Shown here piece by piece: positions 28,668 through 39,897 of a stretch of 64,000 nt of DNA; the first letter of the stretch is position 1, and every line of letters begins with the position of its first letter. The stretch covers positions 7,917 through 71,916 of the forward strand of contig JAZDOE010000003.1 in the NCBI GenBank assembly GCA_043798985.1, in the 5' to 3' direction. The position numbers were made by a program, and so were the translations under genes. A model generated the notes under the pieces. The model was not told where the DNA came from, did no database searches, and saw only the letters and a list, made by a program, of their open reading frames with translations. This DNA is from Candidatus Falkowbacteria bacterium. GTDB lineage: Bacteria > Patescibacteriota > Patescibacteriia > UBA11705 > JACRDX01.

Positions 28668-29027
28668 TTATTTTTGTTTTGTTATTGCGGAAAATATTAA
28701 TGTTAATTCATGCGCTTCCTGCCAAAGCTTTCTGCCCGCATCTTTGTTTGTGGGATTTTCTATTGCGATAATATGCAGCCAATACATCGTTTCCTTAGAT
28801 TCTTTTTTGCAGATGCCGAGTTTGTGATAGAAATCTTTTTTGGATTCTGCCCCGTCTGCTTCGGCGTAATTCGCGCCAATGCTCGTTGCCGATCGGATCA
28901 ATTGTTTTGTCATAATTTCATTGGCCGCAGTCTTTACGAGGTTTTTAACAAAATTAATGACATCGCAGCTAAACGCAGTTGTGCGCGAAGCAAGATTATA
29001 TTTTGGTTTGAGCTCAGTATTTGTCAT
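28668..29027 (-). CDS. four-helix-bundle protein (23S rRNA intervening-sequence protein family)
   Basis: 'LIRSATSIGANYAEADGAESKKDFYHKLGICKKESKETMYWLHII' family signature; flanked by inverted 'ttcaaatatcaaat' repeats (28595-28667 and 29028-29072). Confidence 0.8.
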   Translation of the reverse strand: MTNTELKPKYNLASRTTAFSCDVINFVKNLVKTAANEIMTKQLIRSATSIGANYAEADGAESKKDFYHKLGICKKESKETMYWLHIIAIENPTNKDAGRKLWQEAHELTLIFSAITKQK

Positions 29028-29072
29028 TTGAACTTTGGATTTGATTTGGCATTTGATATTTGAACTTTGAAA

Positions 29073-30053
29073 TTATTGCACGAGGTTTCCATTTACATCA
29101 ACATTAATAATATTTTTCGGGCTGGTGTTTGTTAAAATGCTGATAATTTTTCCATCTTGATTCCATGTTGGCGACTTGCCAAAAGAAATTCGCTGGCTGC
29201 GCAAGATTGAATTTAAATCTGCCGCAAATTCTAATAACCAAATTTCATTGTCCGATTCAAAAATTAGATATTTGCCATTTGGCGACCAGCTAGGTTGCTC
29301 GGTTGGTATTGGCACAGTAGTGTTTGTCACGAATTTTTGGCCAAGGTTTGTTAATTGTTTGCGGTTATTGCTGGTTGTATCAACTATAAAGAACGAAGCA
29401 AGCCCTTCTGGGCTCAAAGAATTAAAAATAATTTTTGTTGCTTTGGGAGAAAAAATCGGCGCAAAGTCTTCAGGGCTGTTTGTTATTTGTCGCTCTTTGT
29501 TGGTTGTAAGGTTAAAAATGAAAATGCCGCGGCTGTTTTCAAAATAATCATTTGATTGCCAATTGTCAGCAAGCTTTTGATACGTTAAAAATTTCTCGTC
29601 AGCGGAAATTGTTGGCGACATTACTTTGTCCGCGATCGTGGCAATGTTTGCGCCATCAAAACTCATGCTGAACAATTTTGCTTCATTTGTTAAATAAAAT
29701 ATTTTTTGCGAACGTAAGGCGATGAGGGCGTCAATAACATTTTTGTCGTTGATAAGTTGTTTGTGAATTGTTGCCTGTTTGTTTATTAACCAAAGATCTC
29801 CACTGCCGATGGCTTCGCTTGCCGTAAGTTGTTCTTTGATTGTTTCCGCGTAGACCGCAAAATCGTCCTGTTGATCATAAAGGCGCGCGGCAATATTTGC
29901 CGCGACTGTTTGCTGATTATCCGCGTTGATTAACATTAGAGAGTTGTTTGCGAGAGAAAAAAGCGCGGCGGCAGACTGTTTGGGCGTAATAAAAAATTGA
30001 ACCGCGAGAATAATGGCGACCGCAAGAAGCAGGGGAAGTAAGATTTTGCGCAT
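29073..30053 (-). CDS. PD40/TolB-like beta-propeller periplasmic protein
   Basis: 'QPSWSPNGKYLIFESDNEIWLLEF' PD40-like repeats, N-terminal TM/signal. Confidence 0.45.
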   Translation of the reverse strand: MRKILLPLLLAVAIILAVQFFITPKQSAAALFSLANNSLMLINADNQQTVAANIAARLYDQQDDFAVYAETIKEQLTASEAIGSGDLWLINKQATIHKQLINDKNVIDALIALRSQKIFYLTNEAKLFSMSFDGANIATIADKVMSPTISADEKFLTYQKLADNWQSNDYFENSRGIFIFNLTTNKERQITNSPEDFAPIFSPKATKIIFNSLSPEGLASFFIVDTTSNNRKQLTNLGQKFVTNTTVPIPTEQPSWSPNGKYLIFESDNEIWLLEFAADLNSILRSQRISFGKSPTWNQDGKIISILTNTSPKNIINVDVNGNLVQ

Positions 30054-30143
30054 AAGGGCGTGGATAATTTTTAATTTTCCCCAAAGGGGTCCCTTCGGGA
30101 TAATTTTTAATTTTAAATGAATTTTTAAATTCTAATATCTAAC

Positions 30144-30494
30144 TTAGAATTTTTTTTGTTCGTTCGTTGTGGCAGTTCTGACTATTTTACTGAATATTAG
30201 CGTTAACTCTTGTGCCTCTTGCCATAATCGGCGCAATGCTTCTTTTTCTTGAGGATAGTACTCTGCAATCATGCGGAGCCAATGTTTCGTTTCCTGCGTT
30301 TCTTTTTTTGCGATGTATATTTTGTTTTTGAAATCTTTTTTCGAACTTGCCCCATTGGCTTCCATATAATTTGCACCGATGCTAGTTGCTGCGCGTATAA
30401 GTTGGATGATCAAAGGTTTAGACAACGGGGAAAGCGCTAGTCGTTTTGAAAACTTAATTATCGCAATGCCAAAATTGGCAGTACGCTCTTCCAA
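30144..30494 (-). CDS. four-helix-bundle protein (23S rRNA IVS protein family), second copy
   Basis: 'LIRAATSIGANYMEANGASSKKDFKNKIYIAKKETQETKHWLRMI'. Confidence 0.75.
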   Translation of the reverse strand: MEERTANFGIAIIKFSKRLALSPLSKPLIIQLIRAATSIGANYMEANGASSKKDFKNKIYIAKKETQETKHWLRMIAEYYPQEKEALRRLWQEAQELTLIFSKIVRTATTNEQKKF

Positions 30495-30640
30495 ATCATA
30501 AATTTTGGTGGTGGTCAGCTCGCGGTCAAGGTGCGGTTTAATTCAAGCATATATCAGGACTCGCCCTATAATTAAATTGAGGGTTGTGGATAAAAGACCC
30601 CTACGAGTTTCATTCATGTCCAATTTGTTGTATACTAACA

Positions 30641-31354
30641 ATGACGTGTATGCCAAAAACAAAAATCAAAAAGAAAATTGAAAATCCCGCATTGGTTGAC
30701 GAAGTGAATTTTGCAAAAGCAGAAGTGAGCTATTTTAAAGGCTTGAGTATTTTTTTGGTGTGCCTATTGGTTTTAATTTTCTTTTCATTCAGTTCTTTGT
30801 TCGCGTTGATGTATTTGGAAACGCGATATATCAGCATTCAGGTTGATGAAGCTGTGACAAGTTTGAAAAGCACAACTGTTGGAAATTGCAGCTGCGATTT
30901 GTGTGAACAAAAGGCCTCGGCTGAAAGTTCGGCGACGCAGGTTGAACAACCATCTGCGGCGATTGATTTTTCCAAATGGATGAATTTTGACAAATATGGT
31001 TTTGAAATTTGGTTTCCAAACACTTGGTCATATCTGGATTTGCCAAACCAAAAGCAGGTGCATTTGTTTGTTGATGGCGTGGTGCGCGAAGAATTGAATG
31101 GCGAGTGGGGTGATGTTGTTGTGTCATTGGCGAGCAAGGATAATTATAAGGATAAATTCGCAAAAGAGGTGATTGATATTGGCGGAACTTATGGGTTTAA
31201 TTATGCGGTGAAAAAGGGGACAAGTGAAAGCGAGGTGATCATCGTCCCCGTTGCAAAAGGTTTTGTTGAGCTGCATATTTATAAGATTCAAAATGGAAAA
31301 ACCATAATTTCGCAGGATATTGTTAGCGCTTTGGTTAGTAAGTTTAGCTTGTAG
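30641..31354 (+). CDS. hypothetical membrane-anchored protein
   Basis: ORF; TM 'LSIFLVCLLVLIFFSFSSLFALMYL'; start uncertain (30641 or 30649). Confidence 0.3.
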   Translation: MTCMPKTKIKKKIENPALVDEVNFAKAEVSYFKGLSIFLVCLLVLIFFSFSSLFALMYLETRYISIQVDEAVTSLKSTTVGNCSCDLCEQKASAESSATQVEQPSAAIDFSKWMNFDKYGFEIWFPNTWSYLDLPNQKQVHLFVDGVVREELNGEWGDVVVSLASKDNYKDKFAKEVIDIGGTYGFNYAVKKGTSESEVIIVPVAKGFVELHIYKIQNGKTIISQDIVSALVSKFSL

Positions 31355-31545
31355 GCGAGTAGCAGAGTAGCTTGTAGGAAGTTAGGAAAAAGAGTCCAAA
31401 GTTTACTATATCCTGTCTTATTTTAGCTAAGTTTCTTGGGCGCGATTGACTTCGCGCTTTTTATGTGCTATAATGATTTGTTCTTTGATTTAAGGTCATA
31501 GACAACTGGCTGGGAAAATCCCCTGCCCTTTTCAAGGAGGAAGTT

Positions 31546-32217
31546 ATGAACGAGGAAACCATGAACAAGGCGTTGCGTCAGGTTCGTAGGATTGTTGCGC
31601 GGGAGACGGTGGCAAAGTTCGCGGGTGTTCTCGTGAAGGTTCCGGCGCAGGGCGGACTGCAGTTCATTGAGAAGAGTTTGACCGTTCCGGAGTACTACAA
31701 CTCCGCGATGAGCTGCGCTGTTGGAACAACTGGAGCGGAACACATCAACAGGATGTTCTTCGGACTCATGCCGAGCGAGGACTGCGGTCGCGAACGGCTT
31801 TTCGACATGATCGTGCAGAAGTGGACGCTGGAAGACGGTGAGTGGTACATCCATTTGCTGTTCACCAAGTCCGACCGCAAGATCGCGAAGCACACGTTGT
31901 CATTCCCGCCCAAGTTCAGGGCAGACGCGACAGACATTCAGCTCTCGCACAACGGACTTAGCTTCGTTCGGGTACTGGACGCGGAGACGTTCGTCTCGAC
32001 GTGCGGCGAGTGCGGCAAGCGGATCTACTCCAGCCACGCGCCGAATCCGAAGTTCGCGCGGAACGCGGCCGAGGCGAAGGCTACGGGCAAGGAGCGCTAC
32101 AAGTGCCCGGACTGCTTGCCGAGAGAGCTGCGGGTGCCTGCGCCGCCGAAGACTCGCTTCGAGCGGGATCAGGAGGAACTGCGGCAGGCGCAGTTCAGAG
32201 GAATGCGGCGCGGTTAG
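31546..32217 (+). CDS. GC-rich hypothetical protein with C-terminal C4 zinc ribbon (CGECG...CPDC); foreign-looking cassette
   Basis: TTGACT-17-TATAAT promoter at ~31446-31480, AAGGAGG RBS, terminator at 32227; GC far above backbone. Confidence 0.5.
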   Translation: MNEETMNKALRQVRRIVARETVAKFAGVLVKVPAQGGLQFIEKSLTVPEYYNSAMSCAVGTTGAEHINRMFFGLMPSEDCGRERLFDMIVQKWTLEDGEWYIHLLFTKSDRKIAKHTLSFPPKFRADATDIQLSHNGLSFVRVLDAETFVSTCGECGKRIYSSHAPNPKFARNAAEAKATGKERYKCPDCLPRELRVPAPPKTRFERDQEELRQAQFRGMRRG

Positions 32218-32226
32218 TCTGCGCCA

Positions 32227-32263
32227 TCCCCCTCACTACAACGTAGTGGGGGGTGATTTTTTT
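32227..32263 (+). terminator. rho-independent terminator ccccctcactacaacgtagtgggggg plus T-run
   Basis: Homologous to the 15715 terminator with compensatory stem changes. Confidence 0.7.
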
Positions 32264-32303
32264 GTTGTTATCTTGAATTGGACGTGATAAAATATAAACA
32301 AAT

Positions 32304-33104
32304 ATGGTCGTGATTTATTATATTATTGTTTTTGTTTTCGGATTGTGCGTGGGTAGTTTTTTGAATGTTGTAATTGAGCGCACTTTGCGCGACGAATCAA
32401 TTGTTTTTCGCGCGTCACATTGCCTGATGTGTGATAAAAAAATCAAGTGGTATGACCTTTGTCCATTGATAAGCTATTTATTCTTAAGATGCAAATGCCG
32501 GCAGTGCGGCGCGAAAATTTCTTTACAATATCCATTGGTTGAATTATTCACCGGACTTTTTGCAATGCTGTGCGTTTATGGATATCTTGGTTCATTTTCA
32601 ACGTTATTGAACAACGAAGTTTTTTGGCTGCTGAATTTTTTCATTTGCTGTGTGTTAGTGGTTATTTTCACGTCAGATATTCGCTATTATCTAATTCTTG
32701 ATGAAGTAATGATTCCCGGAATTTTTTTCGTGTTTTTTGTCAAATTGTGGCTGGGCTATGAAAACAACATATTGTTGCACGAATTAAAATATTTGTTGGT
32801 TTCCGGCGCGATCGGATTCTTGTTCTTTGGCGTGCAATATTGGTTGTCCAGCGGAAAATGGATTGGCGGAGGTGACATGCGCTTGGGCGCGTTCATGGGC
32901 GTGGCATTGGGCTGGCAAAAATTGCTGGCAGCTTTGGCAATCGGCTATATTATCGGCGCGATTGTGGCAGTAATATTGTTGCTAAAAAAACAGACGTCGT
33001 GGAAAAGCAAATTGCCGCTGGGCGTTTTTTTGTCATCAAGCTCAATAATCGCACTGTTTTGGGGAGAGAAAATTATTGAATGGTATTTGACAATATTGAA
33101 ATAA
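32304..33104 (+). CDS. pilD: prepilin peptidase (A24 family, PilD-like)
   Basis: 'GLCVGSFLNVVIERT', zinc-binding CxxC...CxxC, multiple TM helices, 'GGGDMRLGAFMG' with catalytic D. Confidence 0.85.
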   Translation: MVVIYYIIVFVFGLCVGSFLNVVIERTLRDESIVFRASHCLMCDKKIKWYDLCPLISYLFLRCKCRQCGAKISLQYPLVELFTGLFAMLCVYGYLGSFSTLLNNEVFWLLNFFICCVLVVIFTSDIRYYLILDEVMIPGIFFVFFVKLWLGYENNILLHELKYLLVSGAIGFLFFGVQYWLSSGKWIGGGDMRLGAFMGVALGWQKLLAALAIGYIIGAIVAVILLLKKQTSWKSKLPLGVFLSSSSIIALFWGEKIIEWYLTILK

Positions 33105-33223
33105 TTTTGAATTTCGAATTTTTAATTTTGAATCAAGGTTTAATGTCTGAATGTTTGAATGTTTCAAAATTCAGATTTTAAAATTCAATCAAAATTCGAG
33201 CTTCAAAATTCAAAATTTTAACT
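33104..33223. repeat. AT-rich palindromic upstream module (pilin-type copy D) with ctgaatgtttgaatgtttcaaaattcag
   Basis: Related copies at 34384-34463 and 35040-35153, each directly 5' of a pilin gene. Confidence 0.65.
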
Positions 33224-33727
33224 ATGTCTCGTGGATTTACAATTATTGAATTGTTGGTTTCAATGGCGATTATTGTTGTATTAACAACAATGGTGACGAT
33301 CGCGTTTGGTTATAATCAACAACATAAAGTGTTGGTCGCGAATGGCCAGGGTTTTTTGAATGTTTTGAAAGAAACGCAAACAAAAGCCTTGTCAGGCATT
33401 AAAGATCCTGCCACAAAAATTATGCCGGCTGGCGGATATGGAGTGCGCATTAACGCGACTCAATATTTTGTGTTCGCGGATAGCAATTCTAACGCGAAGC
33501 TGGACATTGGCGAAACATTGGCGACTGGTAATCTTGAAAAAAACATTCAGTTCAAAGTTCCGCAAAGCGACATTGTTTTTTTGCCATACAAAACAATTGA
33601 TTCGGTTTGTTGGAATACTGTGTGCGCTGATGCTGTTGTCAAGATTATTTCACTTGAACAAACGCAGACAAAAGAAACATATTCAATTTATTTGGATCAA
33701 AAAATCGGAAAAATTTGGGCGGAATAG
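33224..33727 (+). CDS. type IV pilin (prepilin-type N-terminal cleavage/methylation domain)
   Basis: 'MSRGFTIIELLVSMAIIVVL' class III signal. Confidence 0.75.
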   Translation: MSRGFTIIELLVSMAIIVVLTTMVTIAFGYNQQHKVLVANGQGFLNVLKETQTKALSGIKDPATKIMPAGGYGVRINATQYFVFADSNSNAKLDIGETLATGNLEKNIQFKVPQSDIVFLPYKTIDSVCWNTVCADAVVKIISLEQTQTKETYSIYLDQKIGKIWAE

Positions 33728-33798
33728 GTCTGTTGCGAAGGGATTCCTCACCCTTTTCAAGGGTTCGGAATGACATGCACAGCGATTCATGCGTAATT

Positions 33799-34383
33799 AT
33801 GAATAATCAAAAAGGCCAGACAATTATTGAGGCAGTTGTGGCAATCGCAGTGATCAGCTTGGCGATGCTGGGCTTTTTGTCGCAGGCAACGAGCAATTTT
33901 GTGATGGGCCGAACGAGTGAAAATCATTTTATCGCGTATAATTTGGCGAGCGAGGCGATTGAAGTAAGCCGAAACGTGCGCGATTCAAATTGGCTAAAAG
34001 GTTGTATTGATCCGGCTGTTCCTGCGAAATGTTTTTTGTGGAATAGCGGGCTGGCAAATGGTACTGATTATTCGGCTGTGTTGAATTTTAACGCAACAAC
34101 CGGCAATTGGTTATTGGATTTCTCGCCAAAAGATTTAGCAACGTGCGGAGGGGCGTGTTTGGCTGGCGACAAAACAAAATTTTCGCGCATGGTTTTTTTA
34201 CAACCTGTTTGCAAAGACAAATTTGATTGCCTTGCCGATGGCGGGGTAAACGGGATTTGCGGTGATGGAGAAAAGTGCGCTGGCGAGCAAATTGGAATTA
34301 AAGTGACAGCACAAGTTGGCTGGAGCGAGGCAAGCGGGCTGAAAACGTACGAAGCAACGGAATATTTGTATAATTGGAAGTAG
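33799..34383 (+). CDS. pilin-like / pseudopilin protein
   Basis: 'MNNQKGQTIIEAVVAIAVISLAML' prepilin-like N-terminus. Track ORF 33715 begins inside a repeat element; start trimmed to 33799 (in frame). Confidence 0.55.
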   Translation: MNNQKGQTIIEAVVAIAVISLAMLGFLSQATSNFVMGRTSENHFIAYNLASEAIEVSRNVRDSNWLKGCIDPAVPAKCFLWNSGLANGTDYSAVLNFNATTGNWLLDFSPKDLATCGGACLAGDKTKFSRMVFLQPVCKDKFDCLADGGVNGICGDGEKCAGEQIGIKVTAQVGWSEASGLKTYEATEYLYNWK

Positions 34384-34463
34384 AAAATTTTGAATTTCTA
34401 ATTTTGAATTTTGATTGAATGTTGAATGATTGAATGTTTTAAAATTCGAAATTGACAATAGGT

Positions 34464-35039
34464 ATGGTTGACTCAACGGGACAGCGTGGGTTTTCTTTAA
34501 TAGAATTGCTCGTGGCAATGGCGGTTTTTTTGACTGTTTTGTTGGTTGCCACTGATATTTTTGTTTCTGTTTCTCGGCGCGAGCAACAAACACTTATACA
34601 ACAGCGAGCGCTGAACGAGTTGCGCTATGACCTTTACTTTTTAACGCAACAAGCAAAAATCAATCAGATAAATTATGAAATGTATCCGGAAAAGTTAAAC
34701 ATTGTTGAAACACAATTGTTTTTGCAGGATAAAAATGAAAAAGTGATAATTTTCAAATTATCTGACCAAAGTTGCGTTGCCGGCGTGAAAAAATGTTTGC
34801 TTTATTTTAAGGAGGGCGTTGGCTGGAAAACTTTGTCGTCAACCGCAGTTGATTTTGATTTTATGAAATTTTACATAACGCCAAATAAAAATCCGTTTGA
34901 TTTGGACAAGACGACTGGAAAGTACGCGGCAGATGATCAGCCGAAGGTGACAATTGTTGCGCAGGCGTTTGCGCCGGGCCAGCCGGACAGAAAAATAAAT
35001 TTACAGACAACCATAAGCGGGAGGATATATGGGAGATAA
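34464..35039 (+). CDS. type IV pilin-like protein
   Basis: 'QRGFSLIELLVAMAVFLTVLLVA' class III signal. Confidence 0.65.
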   Translation: MVDSTGQRGFSLIELLVAMAVFLTVLLVATDIFVSVSRREQQTLIQQRALNELRYDLYFLTQQAKINQINYEMYPEKLNIVETQLFLQDKNEKVIIFKLSDQSCVAGVKKCLLYFKEGVGWKTLSSTAVDFDFMKFYITPNKNPFDLDKTTGKYAADDQPKVTIVAQAFAPGQPDRKINLQTTISGRIYGR

Positions 35040-35153
35040 ATTTTGAATTTTGAATTTCGAATTTTGAATCAAATCTGAATGTTTTAATTTTGAAACATTC
35101 AATCATTCAACATTCAATCAAAATTCAAAATTCTAATTTCAAAATTATTTAAT

Positions 35154-35894
35154 ATGTCTGATCAGCAAGGAAATGTCTTGGTTTATACAGTGCTCGCGGT
35201 CGCGGCAATCTTGAGTACTATTTTGATTGTGTCAAATTTGATGATTGGCGAAATTCGGCAAGCTGGAAATTTTGACAACATGATTAAAGCAACGTACGCG
35301 GCTGAAAGCGGGGCAGAATGGGGAATTTTTAATTTGCGCAAAAATAATATTATGATTGAGAGCGATTGCGACATGCCAGACGTTGATTGTTATGCTGGAG
35401 TAGATGAAACTGGCGTGAAAAAATTGCAATCTGATTTGCCGCAAAACCAGACATTGCAAATTGATTTGTATAATCCGATAAAATTGAACAAGGCTTCTGG
35501 CGTTGAGTCAATGAAAATTGGTTGGTTGGGCGCTGGCTGGGTTGAAGTGACATTGGTTGAATGGCAGGCCGGCAGCCAGGTTGTTTGGAATGACAATGCA
35601 ATGCAAAAATTTTTGTTTAACGCGCCGGCCGTTTTAAATGTTTTTAATAAAAGTAAAAATTATATTGTCCGATTAAAATCTTTAAACGCGCCATTGGCCG
35701 CGTTGTCCGTTGAAATTTTTTCTGGTGACAACGCGGCGGGCGCAGCCCTGCCGTTCCCTCAATTTGTGCGTGTGACTGCCGAGGGAACGGCCAATGGCGC
35801 GTCGCAAATTATCAATGTTGATTTGCCGAAAAAATCCCCGCTCATGGGTTTATTTGATTACGCGTTGTTTAGCGAGGAGGATATTATAAAGTAG
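35154..35894 (+). CDS. pilus-associated hypothetical protein (PilX-like N-terminal helix)
   Basis: Hydrophobic N-terminus 'VLVYTVLAVAAILSTILIV'; follows the pilins. Confidence 0.35.
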   Translation: MSDQQGNVLVYTVLAVAAILSTILIVSNLMIGEIRQAGNFDNMIKATYAAESGAEWGIFNLRKNNIMIESDCDMPDVDCYAGVDETGVKKLQSDLPQNQTLQIDLYNPIKLNKASGVESMKIGWLGAGWVEVTLVEWQAGSQVVWNDNAMQKFLFNAPAVLNVFNKSKNYIVRLKSLNAPLAALSVEIFSGDNAAGAALPFPQFVRVTAEGTANGASQIINVDLPKKSPLMGLFDYALFSEEDIIK

Positions 35895-35928
35895 CTTGTA
35901 GCTGGTAGCTTGTAGCAGGGTAGGTTTT

Positions 35929-38350
<2,422 letters not shown>

Positions 38351-38465
38351 AAGCTTGAATATAAAAGAAAAAACACCGCCTAAGGACGAGCCAGAAGAGG
38401 TGCTTTTTCGTGTGGATTACATTTATAGTATAGCAAGTCAGTAGAATAAGTCAATATTTATCCAC

Positions 38466-38870
38466 ATGGCGAATATTATGACAAAAGATGAAGTGATTAT
38501 TCAAAAGTACAAAAGCGAAAATCCATGGGGAATGAGCGTTTGCGTGGATTTAAAAGAATGTAATTTCGCGACAATGACAAACGCGGAAAAAATAAAGCAG
38601 TTTGTCATTGAAATTTGTGATTTGATAAAAGTGACAAAATTTGGGGAGCCGGTAATTGTGAATTTTGGTGAAAATGCTCGCGTTTTTGGTTTTTCAATGA
38701 CGCAATTGATTGAAACATCTTTGGTGTCAGGACATTTCGCGAATGAAAGCCGCGCGATTTATTTGGATATTTTCAGTTGCAAGGAATATTCGCCGTACGC
38801 GGCAGCTGAATTTTGCAAAAAGTTTTTTGAGGCAAAATCAATGGTAATAAAAATCAATTTTAGATATTAA
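38466..38870 (+). CDS. speH: S-adenosylmethionine decarboxylase proenzyme-like (SpeH class, pyruvoyl-dependent)
   Basis: 'FSMTQLIETSLVSGHF...YLDIFSCK' resembles the E-S self-cleavage region of class 1 AdoMetDC. Confidence 0.5.
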   Translation: MANIMTKDEVIIQKYKSENPWGMSVCVDLKECNFATMTNAEKIKQFVIEICDLIKVTKFGEPVIVNFGENARVFGFSMTQLIETSLVSGHFANESRAIYLDIFSCKEYSPYAAAEFCKKFFEAKSMVIKINFRY

Positions 38871-38873
38871 TAT

Positions 38874-38901
38874 GTAGAGACGAGATATATCTCGTCTCTA
38901 C
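38874..38901. repeat. 26-bp perfect palindrome gtagagacgagatatatctcgtctctac (identical copy at 39743-39770)
   Basis: Exact duplicate flanking the 39064-39735 cassette; same GTAGAGAC...GTCTCTAC family as 13037, 47773 and 58317. Confidence 0.7.
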
Positions 38902-38984
38902 CGTATATATAAAACATTTTTGTTTTGCCGCAAAATTGAGGGTTGTGGATATTCATGCCCCTCAATTTTATTTTTCTAATTTTA

Positions 38985-39063
38985 TTGACAGAATATTTTC
39001 AAAATAGTAAAGTGAATTGTTCAGAAGTTGCTTGACAATTTGGCTGACAAATGGAGGTGGCGC
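38985..39063 (+). promoter_or_regulatory. cassette leader/promoter, copy 1 (TTGACA...aaatagtaaagtgaattgttcag...cttgacaattt...tggaggtg)
   Basis: ~70% identical to the leader at 39822-39897 upstream of trpS, including both TTGACA boxes and the GGAGGTG RBS. Confidence 0.55.
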
Positions 39064-39735
39064 ATGAAAAAGAAGGTGGAATGGCCGGTGGATGTGTCGC
39101 CATGGTTTGGCGAAGCGCAGAAGGTTGTTGAAGCGGTTTTGCGCGCAGGCGTGCCGATAGATAGCGCGATTCTGGATGACTGGAATGCTGGCACAGATCA
39201 AAACGGAGTAAGGATCAAGGGACCGAGAATTATTTGGGGCTTGGAAGCTTGTCGCATGTCAAGATGCAGTGGGTGCAAGTTGTTTTGCGCTGTTGGTGCA
39301 GACATGCGCAAGACGATGATTCAAAATGATAATGCGCTCCGCCTTCGTCGAACATTGTGCCTCGCGAAGAAAAAACATTTGTCGTTTTTGCCTGTGACAT
39401 GCTGGCAAAAGTACCTGAACTGCAAGACCATTGAGCAATACAACGCCGCGTTCGTGGCGTTTGTCATGGAGCGATGTGACACTGAAGAAAAGATGCATGC
39501 AGAGCTTGCATGGATTCTCGGATTCCGTTTGCTGTATCTGAATGAAGAAGGAATTGGATGGGATTGTGCTACGCTCTTGTCAAAAGAGCAGGAAATGAAG
39601 CGCGAAATCATTGGGCGCGTCATGATGGAACTTGTTTGTCAGGGAGAATCAGCGCGACTCCCTTGGTTGTTCACATACAACTGCCAAAACAAAGATTTTT
39701 GGAAAGCGCTCGCAGATTTGAGTCCGCTCCGCTGA
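39064..39735 (+). CDS. GC-rich Cys-rich hypothetical protein (cassette gene 1)
   Basis: GGAGGTG RBS; 224 aa with 'CRMSRCSGCKLFCAVG' and 11 Cys; no recognisable family; bounded by identical palindromes. Confidence 0.45.
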   Translation: MKKKVEWPVDVSPWFGEAQKVVEAVLRAGVPIDSAILDDWNAGTDQNGVRIKGPRIIWGLEACRMSRCSGCKLFCAVGADMRKTMIQNDNALRLRRTLCLAKKKHLSFLPVTCWQKYLNCKTIEQYNAAFVAFVMERCDTEEKMHAELAWILGFRLLYLNEEGIGWDCATLLSKEQEMKREIIGRVMMELVCQGESARLPWLFTYNCQNKDFWKALADLSPLR

Positions 39736-39742
39736 TCGTGCG

Positions 39743-39770
39743 ATAGAGACGAGATATATCTCGTCTCTAC
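39743..39770. repeat. second identical palindrome atagagacgagatatatctcgtctctac, followed by hairpin cctcgctaaaatttagcgggg (39776-39800)
   Basis: Exact copy of 38874-38901. Confidence 0.7.
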
Positions 39771-39821
39771 AAATATCCCTCGCTAAAATTTAGCGGGGCA
39801 TTTTTTGTTAATTCATATTTG

Positions 39822-39897
39822 ACAAGGGATTTTTTAAATAGTAAGGTGAAGTGTTCAGGGGGGCCTTGACAATTTAATGCAAAAGTGGAGGTGAATT
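39822..39897 (+). promoter_or_regulatory. cassette leader/promoter, copy 2, upstream of trpS
   Basis: tttgacaagggattttttaaatagtaaggtgaagtgttcaggggggccttgacaatttaatgcaaaagtggaggtgaattATG. Confidence 0.55.

Noticed and set aside
31838-32287. Arg/Ser-rich 149-aa ORF in an alternative frame of the 31546 cassette
   Set aside because: Low-complexity translation of a GC-rich region in the wrong frame; the overlapping frame has promoter, RBS and terminator.
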